Origin: Candidatus Latescibacterota bacterium
GTDB taxonomy: Bacteria > Latescibacterota > UBA2968
Reading direction: 5' to 3'
Assembly: GCA_038279365.1 (NCBI GenBank)
Contig: JAYODI010000048.1
Location: 1 to 43,864 of the forward strand
Length of the DNA stretch: 43,864 nt
Both the position numbers and the translations under genes were made by a program. Shown one piece after another: positions 29,164 through 37,255 of this stretch. The first letter of the stretch is position 1. Each line of letters opens with the position of its first letter. Below the pieces are notes generated by a model. It was given only the letters and a program-made list of their open reading frames with translations, was not told the DNA's origin and searched no databases.

Positions 29164-29744
29164 GACTCACGCTCCCGAAGTTCTTGTTCGAGTCTGTCTA
29201 AGTATGGGTCTTTTTCGTTGGTTGCTTGGGGTGATACACCTGCTGGTGCAGGTTTGGCATGTGACCAAGTGCGTAAGACGCTGCGCACGATAAAAAAACC
29301 AAATAACAAAACCAAAGGTGGCATGACCCAAGCGGTAAGATTAAAACCTTCGGCTGGTGGTTTGGATAACACACGCTTTCCAAATTCTGCAATATAGATG
29401 TCAATGACTTGTTGTTTTGATTTTCCTTCGCCCAACAATTTGTCAATGCGTGCTTGTTGCTGTTGTGCATATCCGCAGGTGCATTCATCTAAAGGACGGC
29501 GAGGACATGTATCGCACAAACAGGCCAGTTCTTTGCCTACTTCGTCTCGTTGTGCTTTGGTGACTGAGGCGGCAGAGGCAGGCGTGACAAGTTGTAGGCC
29601 GAGTGTGATAAACAGGATATAGAAGCACCCACTCATAATGGCAGAAGGCAAACGCCAAACGGCAAACGTGAAGCGGTCTTTGCTGTTGGGTAGGTGTGAT
29701 GGGCCATTTGCCATTTGCCATTTGGCATTTGATTTTGTTGTCAT
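29160..29744 (-). CDS. ccmH: Cytochrome c biogenesis protein CcmH, Cys-rich variant
   Basis: ELACLCDTC...ECTCG, I...L.EGKSKQQVID.YIAEFG..VLSKPP.EGFNL.AWVMP. TAATG coupling to ccmF (alternative start 29636). Confidence 0.82.
   Translation of the reverse strand: MTTKSNAKWQMANGPSHLPNSKDRFTFAVWRLPSAIMSGCFYILFITLGLQLVTPASAASVTKAQRDEVGKELACLCDTCPRRPLDECTCGYAQQQQARIDKLLGEGKSKQQVIDIYIAEFGKRVLSKPPAEGFNLTAWVMPPLVLLFGFFIVRSVLRTWSHAKPAPAGVSPQATNEKDPYLDRLEQELRERES
29638..29731. repeat. Inverted 7-mer tandem arrays in the ccmH 5' region
   Basis: GCAGAAG GCAAACG CCAAACG GCAAACG ... GCCATTT GCCATTT GCCATTT GGCATTT; the arms can pair on the - strand RNA using G-U pairs. Confidence 0.75.
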
Positions 29745-31750
29745 TATGCCATCGCCTCCTGTTCTTTGGGCAACCCAACAACACGACGGCGGCGTGCTTG
29801 GTCTCGTGGATCAGGTAACATGGTGATGATGGTGCCAATGGTGACCACCCATGCACCAATCCATACCCAAATCACGAGTGGATTGACATAAATGTGAAAC
29901 AAGACCACTTCTTGGCCATCGCGTTGGTCAAACCCCTGGCAAAGCACATAGAGGTCTTCACGGAGGGTTGAGCGAATGGATACTTCGGTGGTGCGTTGCT
30001 GGTCTTGGCGTTTGTAATACACTTTTTGTTGGGGCCACATGGTGCCTAAGCGTTCGCCACTTTGATAAACACCCAACTGGGTGGTTAAATCAACGGTGAG
30101 TGGCTTGACTTCTTCGGTTACCCCTTCATAGGTGAGGGTATAGGACCCAATGGAGACCGATTCTTGATAGGCGAGTTCGGCTTCAATATCTTGATTAAAG
30201 GCATTGCCCGTAAAACCGATAAAGAGCAAGACGATGCCAAAGTGTACCACATACCCTCCATAGCGTCGTTTGTTGCGCATGGTGAGATTGGCTACGGCCT
30301 TGAGATAAGATTCGCCCGAACTGCTGCCTCGGGCCAGTGCACCTCTGTGAAATTCGGAAACGATGGTGCCTGTGACAAAACCCGAAAATATAAATGATAG
30401 AAGCGCGTAGATGTCTCGCACACCCATTGCTGCGGGAATAATGCCACAAATGAGGCCAAAGATCGCGGGATAGGTGAAGTGTTTTTTGAGGCTTGCACCG
30501 GATGTTTTGCGCCATGCCAGCAAAGGTCCTACACCTGTTAGCAAGAGCAAAAGCAAACCAATGGGAACCATGACCGTGTTAAAATAGGGTGCGCTAACGG
30601 TGATTTTATCGCCTGTAACGGCTTCGGAGATAACGGGAAACATCACCCCCCAAAAAACAGCAAATGTGGCGGTGAGAAAGAGAACGTTGTTGAGCAGGAA
30701 CCCACCTTCACGTGAGATGGGTGATTCGTAGTGGGTTTTGCTTTTGAGCATGTCTAAACGTGTATAGAGCAAGATACCTGAGAAGATCACGATGGCTGCC
30801 ACAAATGCACCAAACCACGGGCCAATGGGCGATTGTGCAAAGGCGTGTACAGATGACACAACACCGCTTCGGGTGAGGAAGGTCCCATAAATACAGAGGG
30901 TAAATGTGAGGGCAACAAGGGCCATGTTCCAAACTTTAAGCATGCCCTTTTTTTCTTGAATCATGACAGAGTGTAAAAAGGCGGTGCCCGTTAACCATGG
31001 CAAGAGAGCGGCATTTTCAACAGGGTCCCAACCCCAGTATCCGCCCCAACCCAATACAACATATGCCCATTTGCCACCTAAGAGCTGCCCGGTGCCCAAA
31101 AAGAACCACGGAAAGAGCGTCCAGCGGCGGGTGATGCGAATCCATTCTTCGTCTAATTTTTTAGATAAAAGTGCGGCCATAGCAAAGGCATAAGGCACCA
31201 CAAAGCCCACATAACCGAGATAAAGCATGGGTGGGTGAATGGCCATGGCGGGGTGAACCAACAAGGGGTTCATGCCTTGTCCATCGGCGGGTGTAAAATT
31301 GAGTTCGATAAATGGGTTTTCGTGAACGCCTATGAGACCTAAGAAAAAGACTTGGGTAAAAGCCATGATGGCAGTGGCATAAGATGCCAAATGTCCACGA
31401 AGCTTGCGAGTTGTTAAAATGGCAAAAAAGTTAAAACCTGATAAGATAAATGCCCACAGAAGCAGGGAGCCCTGCATGCCTGACCAAACGGCAGTGAATT
31501 TATACCCTGTGGCCAAATCACGACTGGAGTGGGTAGCCACATAATGCACGTTGAAGCTGTCGGTTAAAAAGAGGTATTCGAGTATACCCATGGCCACAAG
31601 GCACAATGCAAAAGTGGCATAAACTGCGCGTTCTGTGCTGTGTGTGAGGTCGAGTCTTTTGGTGCGCCCCGAAATGATGGCGGCTACGAAGGCATAGGCC
31701 GATGTGACAAGGGCCAACCAAAGTGCAAAATTGCCAAGTTGTGCAAGCAT
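29744..31750 (-). CDS. ccmF: Cytochrome c-type biogenesis protein CcmF (heme lyase)
   Basis: W.G.QGSLLLW, GMNPLL, HPPMLYLGY, WAY..LGWGGYWGWDPVENA, HS, RSG...SVHAF, NPLVIWVWIG. Confidence 0.97.
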   Translation of the reverse strand: MLAQLGNFALWLALVTSAYAFVAAIISGRTKRLDLTHSTERAVYATFALCLVAMGILEYLFLTDSFNVHYVATHSSRDLATGYKFTAVWSGMQGSLLLWAFILSGFNFFAILTTRKLRGHLASYATAIMAFTQVFFLGLIGVHENPFIELNFTPADGQGMNPLLVHPAMAIHPPMLYLGYVGFVVPYAFAMAALLSKKLDEEWIRITRRWTLFPWFFLGTGQLLGGKWAYVVLGWGGYWGWDPVENAALLPWLTGTAFLHSVMIQEKKGMLKVWNMALVALTFTLCIYGTFLTRSGVVSSVHAFAQSPIGPWFGAFVAAIVIFSGILLYTRLDMLKSKTHYESPISREGGFLLNNVLFLTATFAVFWGVMFPVISEAVTGDKITVSAPYFNTVMVPIGLLLLLLTGVGPLLAWRKTSGASLKKHFTYPAIFGLICGIIPAAMGVRDIYALLSFIFSGFVTGTIVSEFHRGALARGSSSGESYLKAVANLTMRNKRRYGGYVVHFGIVLLFIGFTGNAFNQDIEAELAYQESVSIGSYTLTYEGVTEEVKPLTVDLTTQLGVYQSGERLGTMWPQQKVYYKRQDQQRTTEVSIRSTLREDLYVLCQGFDQRDGQEVVLFHIYVNPLVIWVWIGAWVVTIGTIITMLPDPRDQARRRRVVGLPKEQEAMA

Positions 31751-31766
31751 CTCTATTTCCTTTTTG

Positions 31767-31845
31767 GTCTCAGGTCACAAGTCGGCATGTCAAAACATTT
31801 CTTTTAAGGTTTTGACATGTGACCTGAAACTTGTAGACGTGTGAC
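31767..31845. repeat. Inverted repeat built from 7/8-mer units between ccmE and ccmF
   Basis: CATGTCAAAAC (31786-31796) / GTTTTGACATG (31809-31819), and CAGGTCACA (31771-31779) / TGTGACCTG (31818-31826). Confidence 0.65.
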
Positions 31846-31866
31846 AGGTTTTAATAATGGCTGTTT

Positions 31867-32304
31867 TTACTTGTAAGAATCTTTGATTTCGTCGTAGCTT
31901 TTGCTTTCGTACTTGGACGGGCATTTGGCCAAGAGTGTCTCGGCGACAAAGACGCCATCAGAATGGGTTTTGCCTTCTAAAACCACATCTGATTCATCGC
32001 GGAAGGTGTCGGGAATGATGCCACTGTAGCGCACAACACGTTTATCAGAAAAGACATCTTTTTCAAGGGGTTCCCAAATCAGAAATTCGACTGTGCGGTT
32101 GCCATCAATTTGTTTGATGGAGCCAGGTACCACCTTGCCTGCCAATTTAATGCGTTTGTCTACAAATTCGATTTCGCGCGCTTCAAGCTCTGTGACCGTG
32201 AAGTAATACATGGAGAGTTGCTTGGAACTGGAAATGACCAAGACAACCAATGACGCAATGATGACCACAAATCCGGCGATAAATTTTATTTTTTTTGCAG
32301 ACAT
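31867..32304 (-). CDS. ccmE: Heme chaperone CcmE, CxxxY type
   Basis: N-terminal TM helix, YYFTVTE, G.VVPGSI, Y.GIIPDTF, VVLEG, LLAKCPSKY. Confidence 0.93.
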   Translation of the reverse strand: MSAKKIKFIAGFVVIIASLVVLVISSSKQLSMYYFTVTELEAREIEFVDKRIKLAGKVVPGSIKQIDGNRTVEFLIWEPLEKDVFSDKRVVRYSGIIPDTFRDESDVVLEGKTHSDGVFVAETLLAKCPSKYESKSYDEIKDSYK

Positions 32305-32624
32305 GGTGTACTCCTACGTGAACTCTTTGAAATAACGTATGTTATTGTATTGTGAGTGGTTAAAAATAAACAAGATACTTGTGGATGACAACCGAAATCG
32401 GGTTGTATGGATTGGTGACCGGTGCTTGGCCCTATGCATTGTGCAAAAACAAAGATTTGTGTAAAAGGTCTAAAGCCGTTGATATACCCAGTGTTTGGTG
32501 ATGCTTTTTAGTTAATCAATTTCCGTGCCATGTGTTGCAAAAGTGTTTCAGGCTGATTTAAAGGCATTTTTAAAGGATTGAAATGGCTATGGTGTGGGCA
32601 TGATGAGACAGATGTGTCTCATTT

Positions 32625-33782
32625 TCATGATGTCCATAAGGGGTCACATACAATGACTGTGGGGTGATTGTCAATGCGGGTAAGGAAGAGGGTGAGCCAA
32701 CCGTCACCTTTTAACTTGAGTTTGGCACGCAATGCTTCTGGTGTGAGTGGAAAATGGCGTTTTTTGATGTCTAAGCGTCCAATTTTGCGTGCAGAAAGGT
32801 ATTTTTGCAGGTTCTTGAGGTTAAATGGCAAGGTATCTTGGATGGCATAACAGGTGACAAAGGGTGATTGCATAGGGTGATCGGCACTTAAATAGGCCAC
32901 ATCAGCTGATAGTTTCCAAGCATTTAGGTCGTGAGCGAGTTGGTCGATGAGGTGGGCGCGTACAACGGCGTTATCGGGTTCGGCAATGTATGCGCCAGGC
33001 GGTTGAACATTGGCCTTTGATGTTTGTCGGTAAAGAAGCGTGTGTCCTTCTGGCAATAGTGTTGCGCGTCGTGTGGTTTGAGATTGTAAATGACCAAACC
33101 AAAGTACGGCTTCTTTGCAATTGCCCAATTCGGAGATGAATTCAACCTCGCAATGGGGGGGAATGTCTGATTCGGGCAGGCCTGGCGCGACTTTTATGCC
33201 CATATTGGGTGTGATGGTTTGTAGATGTTCTAAGTTAACAGATGGATGGTAATCCGACAAGGCGTAGAGCCGGCGGTTGTCTTGGCGACGGCCAGGGTCC
33301 ATAAAGATGGCATCACATGGGGGAATCCATTGTGAGACATCGGTGCAGATAGAGCGAATGTTGTGGGCTACGTCATAAACATGTGCATTGTGCCGTGTGA
33401 TGGCCAAGCGGTTGGGGTTGATGTCTGCGGTAATTACTTTTGCATTTTGTGCCAAGGGAATGGCATCACCACCAATACCACAACAGAGGTCGGCTATTTG
33501 TGCAAAGGATTGGTAGCGTTTGGCACGATATTGGGCAATGGTTTCACCAGAGGATTGTTCTAATCCTTCACGATCAAAGACCATGTCATTGGCTTTCGAG
33601 AATTTGGCTTGGGCACGTTTGCGCAAGTTGAGTAAGTGAACAACGGTGCGACATTGGTCTGGCGGGTGGGTTTTGCGTAGCTGGGTGAGTACAGTGAGTT
33701 CATCACCACTGATCTGGGAGGCGTGTTGGAGAAGTGCTTGACCTGCTGGAGATTGGATGTAGGTGATTTCTTGTGGGGTCAT
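32625..33782 (-). CDS. Class I SAM-dependent methyltransferase with C-terminal THUMP-like domain
   Basis: LEQSSG, ADLCCGIGGD, FMDPGRR, KVAPG, KEAVLWFG, EPD.AVVRA. Confidence 0.85.
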   Translation of the reverse strand: MTPQEITYIQSPAGQALLQHASQISGDELTVLTQLRKTHPPDQCRTVVHLLNLRKRAQAKFSKANDMVFDREGLEQSSGETIAQYRAKRYQSFAQIADLCCGIGGDAIPLAQNAKVITADINPNRLAITRHNAHVYDVAHNIRSICTDVSQWIPPCDAIFMDPGRRQDNRRLYALSDYHPSVNLEHLQTITPNMGIKVAPGLPESDIPPHCEVEFISELGNCKEAVLWFGHLQSQTTRRATLLPEGHTLLYRQTSKANVQPPGAYIAEPDNAVVRAHLIDQLAHDLNAWKLSADVAYLSADHPMQSPFVTCYAIQDTLPFNLKNLQKYLSARKIGRLDIKKRHFPLTPEALRAKLKLKGDGWLTLFLTRIDNHPTVIVCDPLWTS

Positions 33783-33789
33783 GAGGAGA

Positions 33790-34163
33790 TTACCACACGG
33801 CCTGTTGAAAATGAGTGAGGATGGTTGGGGCTTTGGTGAGCAATGGGGTGTTGTTTAAGGCTGCGTGTGCGACAATGATGCGATCAAAAGGGTCACGCGT
33901 CCAGGCGATACTTTGAGCTTGTGTGATAATTTGATTGAAGTCTTTGTTACAAATTTTAAGCCCGATGTCATTTGCAAGGTGAGAGAGAACGGTTTGTGGT
34001 TTTTGGGTGATGTGCTCTATTTCAAACAGATATTGTAGTTCTAACTTTACGATGGGTGAGATATAAATATCAGGTTCATTATGTGTGATTGTGCGGTTAT
34101 GCTGATGTTTTCAATATGTCCTGCATATAACCAAACAACTACGTGGGTATCAAGGTAAATCAA
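33790..34163 (-). pseudogene. PIN-domain (VapC-like) toxin, frameshifted
   Basis: MIYLDTHVVVWLYAG... in one frame and ...YISPIVKLELQYLFE...WTRDPFDRIIVAHA...LLTKAPTILTHFQQAVW* in another. The span is 374 nt, consistent with a 1-nt loss near 34080. Confidence 0.85.
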
Positions 34164-34260
34164 AGTTGATCTCCTTTTCCCAAGTTAGGTTGACGAGATC
34201 ATTTGGGTCGCCCTTGATGATATTTTTTCGCTTTTTTAAGTTTGTTGGGTTGCTCTGTGT
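34150..34260 (-). pseudogene. Antitoxin C-terminal remnant
   Basis: ...NLKKRKNIIKGDPNDLVNLTWEKEINFDLP* overlaps the PIN start; there is no start codon before the upstream in-frame stop. Confidence 0.65.
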
Positions 34261-34279
34261 TTGTAGGTAGATATTTTGG

Positions 34280-37171
34280 TTATTTTACAAACAACTCTTG
34301 GGCATCTACTGGCATGACAGTTCCAACAGGTACAAGCTGCGTCATGTCGATTTGTGTGGTGTCGCCTACTATTGAGATGAGTTTGGCCCGTGATTGAATG
34401 TGTGCATTGTGGAAGTCGAGCATGGTGTTGATGCCGGCTTTCTGAATGGCTTCAAAACGTGCTTGGCGCGGATCGGGTGATAAACCGCGGTTTTCCCAAG
34501 TTCTGATGGCTGGGAGTATGTCGCGAAATTTGAGTTTGTTGCCTCGATATTGGTTGAGGACTGCATTTTTGGTTTCTTCAAAGCGTTCGGGCGTTTCTGG
34601 CAAATTGTCTATCAAGTCTACAAATGCTGTAATGGCTTCGGGTGTTTTGTCGGCTTGGCAACCGATATAACCCCACATGAGGTTTTGCTCACCTTCTCGA
34701 TCGCCCAATTCATATCGGGCAAATGTTGAATAAGCCAGTGCGCGTATTTCTCGTAGTTCTTGAAAGATGATGCTCGCCATGCCACCAGAAAAATAGTCAT
34801 TGTAAAGATCTACAGAAGGTTTTAGAGAATTATCGTATGGTACATCGCCAAATTCGATGAAGATCAATGACTGGGCCATTTCTTTGTGTACGATGCGAAT
34901 TTCATTTTGAGCTGAGGTTTGTACCTGAAGAAATTCGTAGGGTGGTGTTTCTTGCAATGCTTCGGGTATTGTATGGTGTTGTTTTATCAGGGCCGTGACA
35001 TCATCAATGGATTTTGTGCCTACGTATAAAATGTTGTGTTGGTAGGTCAATAAACTGCCGATGAGGGTGTGTAATTCTGATACGGTAAGCTTGTTGAGTG
35101 CATCTGTACTTATTTGACGTTTATATGCCGAGTTGTCACCATAGCGGCTGTATTGACGCAGTGCATTGCGAATGGATCGTGGGTTTTTCTTTTCATCTTC
35201 TCGCTCAGCGTGTGTGATGTTGATCAATTCTTGGAGTGTCTCTTGTGTTGCTGTGGGGGTGGTCAGGTAGCGATGCAGCAGTATGAGCGAGGGTTCTAAG
35301 TTTTCATCTAAGCCTGATAGGGTGATGTTGGTTTGATTGTCTTCGACGCCTATTGTAAAATCTGTGCCCAAGGCATACCACGTTTTTTTGAGGGCTTCTG
35401 ATGTCAAGTCACCAGCACCAGATTTGTCCATGAGTGCTTTGGCCATGCCGAGTTTGTTGTTTTGATAGGTGCCTATGTCTACTGAAATGGTGAGGGTAAA
35501 TAAATCATTGATGGGGTTTTGTGTGTGATAGAGCTTGAGGCCGTTTTGAATATCTACAATTTGATAGTCTTTGTCGGTGATGTAAACGGGGGCGATGGAT
35601 ACTGTGGGTATGGAGAGGATTTTTTGAGCCAGTATGGATTGGCGCGTGGGGTCTAATTCAACTTTTGCCAAGTCGGGCTTTTCTATTTTGGGAAGTTCGT
35701 GCTGGGCATCTATGCGATAGACAACGGCATATCCTTGACCAAAATATTGATTGGCCACGCGAATGATGTCTGTTTTGGTGATTTTTTCTAAGCGTTGAAT
35801 CTTGGCAACGGCTTCATCCCAATCCGTTTCTGAAATAAACGCTTCACGCAACTGGGTTACTCGGCTTCGATTTGATTCTAAGGCGCGTTTTTGGCTCTTT
35901 TTGAAGTCTGTGACGATGGCCGATAAAAGGTTGGCATCAAATTCGCCACGTTGGATGATGCCAATTTGTGACAACAACAATTGTTCAACATCGGATAGGG
36001 TTTGCCCTTCTTTGGGTATGCCCCATAAATATTGTACACCATATTCATTGAGGAATAATGGTTCACTACCCGCATCACGTACGGTTTGCTTTTGTACGAG
36101 ATTAAGGTTAATGAGCCCTGCTGTGGCATTGTCTAAGAGCATGTCAATCAGTATCAGTGCTTCGGTGTCTTTGTGATTGTTTGGAGCTGTGCGAAAACCT
36201 ATTTGAACTTTTTCTTCTCCTTGAAAACGAACTGTGTCTCGTTCTATGTTTTTAAGATCTTTTTCTTTGTAGATTTTGGGTTTGGGCAGTGCTTTTTTTT
36301 GCCAGATCGAAAAACTTTGGTCAAGGGTTTGGATGGTTTCATCAATGTCGATATCGCCAGAGATGCAAATGGCCATGTTGTTGGGCACATAATATGTGTC
36401 GTAAAATTCATATATGTTTTTGAGAGACGGATTTTTTAAATGCTCTGCTTCCCCTATGGTTGTTTGTTGACCGTAGGGATGTTTTTTGAAGAGGAGTTTG
36501 CCAATGGCGTCATATACCAACTCGTCTTTGTCGTCTAAGGTTTGGTTTTTTTCTTCATAAACAATTTCGAGTTCCGATTGGAACAGGCGAAAGACGGGGC
36601 TTTGAAATCGGTCTGATTCAATGGTGGCCCATTGTTCTAAGCGGTTGGATGGCAATGTGACGTTGTAAACGGTTTCCTCATACCAAGTGTGTGCATTGAA
36701 CCACGTTTCGCCCATGGCTTTGTAGAGCTTGTCGGTTTCGTTGGGGATGGCATATTGTGCTGCTTTTTGAGAGATGTCATTGATTTGGGCATAGATGGTT
36801 TTGCGTTTGTCTGGGTCTTTTTCTTTGTAATGTGCTTCATACAGTTCTGTAATTTGATCCAAATAAGGTTTTTCTTTGACGTAGTCGATGGTGCCAATTT
36901 GTTGGGAACCTTTAAAGAGCAGATGCTCCAAGTAATGTGCCAAGCCTGTTGTTTCTTTGGGGTCGTTTTTGCTGCCTGCTCGCACGACAATTTCGGCATG
37001 AAATTGTGGCTCTTCATGGTTTTCTGTGAGATAGATCGTTAACCCATTTTCAAGCTGATAGATATGCACGTCCATTGGGTCATCGGGGTTGGGGGCATTG
37101 ATGCGTGTAAAGGCAAATGAGGATGTGTTCAGGAGAAAGAGTGCGAGTATAACAACAAGGCGTTGAAACAT
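34280..37171 (-). CDS. M16 (insulinase family) zinc peptidase, PqqL-like, with signal peptide
   Basis: RAGS.NDP.ETTGLAHYLEHLLFKGS (HxxEH), NAHT, VYEEK, ELREIRALAYS; signal peptide ending SSFA. RBS AAAGGA before ATG 37171. Confidence 0.9.
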   Translation of the reverse strand: MFQRLVVILALFLLNTSSFAFTRINAPNPDDPMDVHIYQLENGLTIYLTENHEEPQFHAEIVVRAGSKNDPKETTGLAHYLEHLLFKGSQQIGTIDYVKEKPYLDQITELYEAHYKEKDPDKRKTIYAQINDISQKAAQYAIPNETDKLYKAMGETWFNAHTWYEETVYNVTLPSNRLEQWATIESDRFQSPVFRLFQSELEIVYEEKNQTLDDKDELVYDAIGKLLFKKHPYGQQTTIGEAEHLKNPSLKNIYEFYDTYYVPNNMAICISGDIDIDETIQTLDQSFSIWQKKALPKPKIYKEKDLKNIERDTVRFQGEEKVQIGFRTAPNNHKDTEALILIDMLLDNATAGLINLNLVQKQTVRDAGSEPLFLNEYGVQYLWGIPKEGQTLSDVEQLLLSQIGIIQRGEFDANLLSAIVTDFKKSQKRALESNRSRVTQLREAFISETDWDEAVAKIQRLEKITKTDIIRVANQYFGQGYAVVYRIDAQHELPKIEKPDLAKVELDPTRQSILAQKILSIPTVSIAPVYITDKDYQIVDIQNGLKLYHTQNPINDLFTLTISVDIGTYQNNKLGMAKALMDKSGAGDLTSEALKKTWYALGTDFTIGVEDNQTNITLSGLDENLEPSLILLHRYLTTPTATQETLQELINITHAEREDEKKNPRSIRNALRQYSRYGDNSAYKRQISTDALNKLTVSELHTLIGSLLTYQHNILYVGTKSIDDVTALIKQHHTIPEALQETPPYEFLQVQTSAQNEIRIVHKEMAQSLIFIEFGDVPYDNSLKPSVDLYNDYFSGGMASIIFQELREIRALAYSTFARYELGDREGEQNLMWGYIGCQADKTPEAITAFVDLIDNLPETPERFEETKNAVLNQYRGNKLKFRDILPAIRTWENRGLSPDPRQARFEAIQKAGINTMLDFHNAHIQSRAKLISIVGDTTQIDMTQLVPVGTVMPVDAQELFVK

Positions 37172-37201
37172 GAATCGTCCTTTAATGCAAGTTGGTGATT
37201 T

Positions 37202-37234
37202 AAAAAATGGCACGCAGGGTTGCGTGCCATTTTT
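37202..37234 (-). terminator. Terminator-like hairpin between the two M16 genes
   Basis: A6-TGGCACGCA-gggt-TGCGTGCCA-T5. Confidence 0.8.
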
Positions 37235-37255
37235 ATTTTGGATGTGGCTGTTGGT

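Noticed and set aside
34070-34090. Programmed frameshift in the PIN gene
   Set aside because: No slippery heptamer, and the Asp loss and truncated antitoxin point to decay
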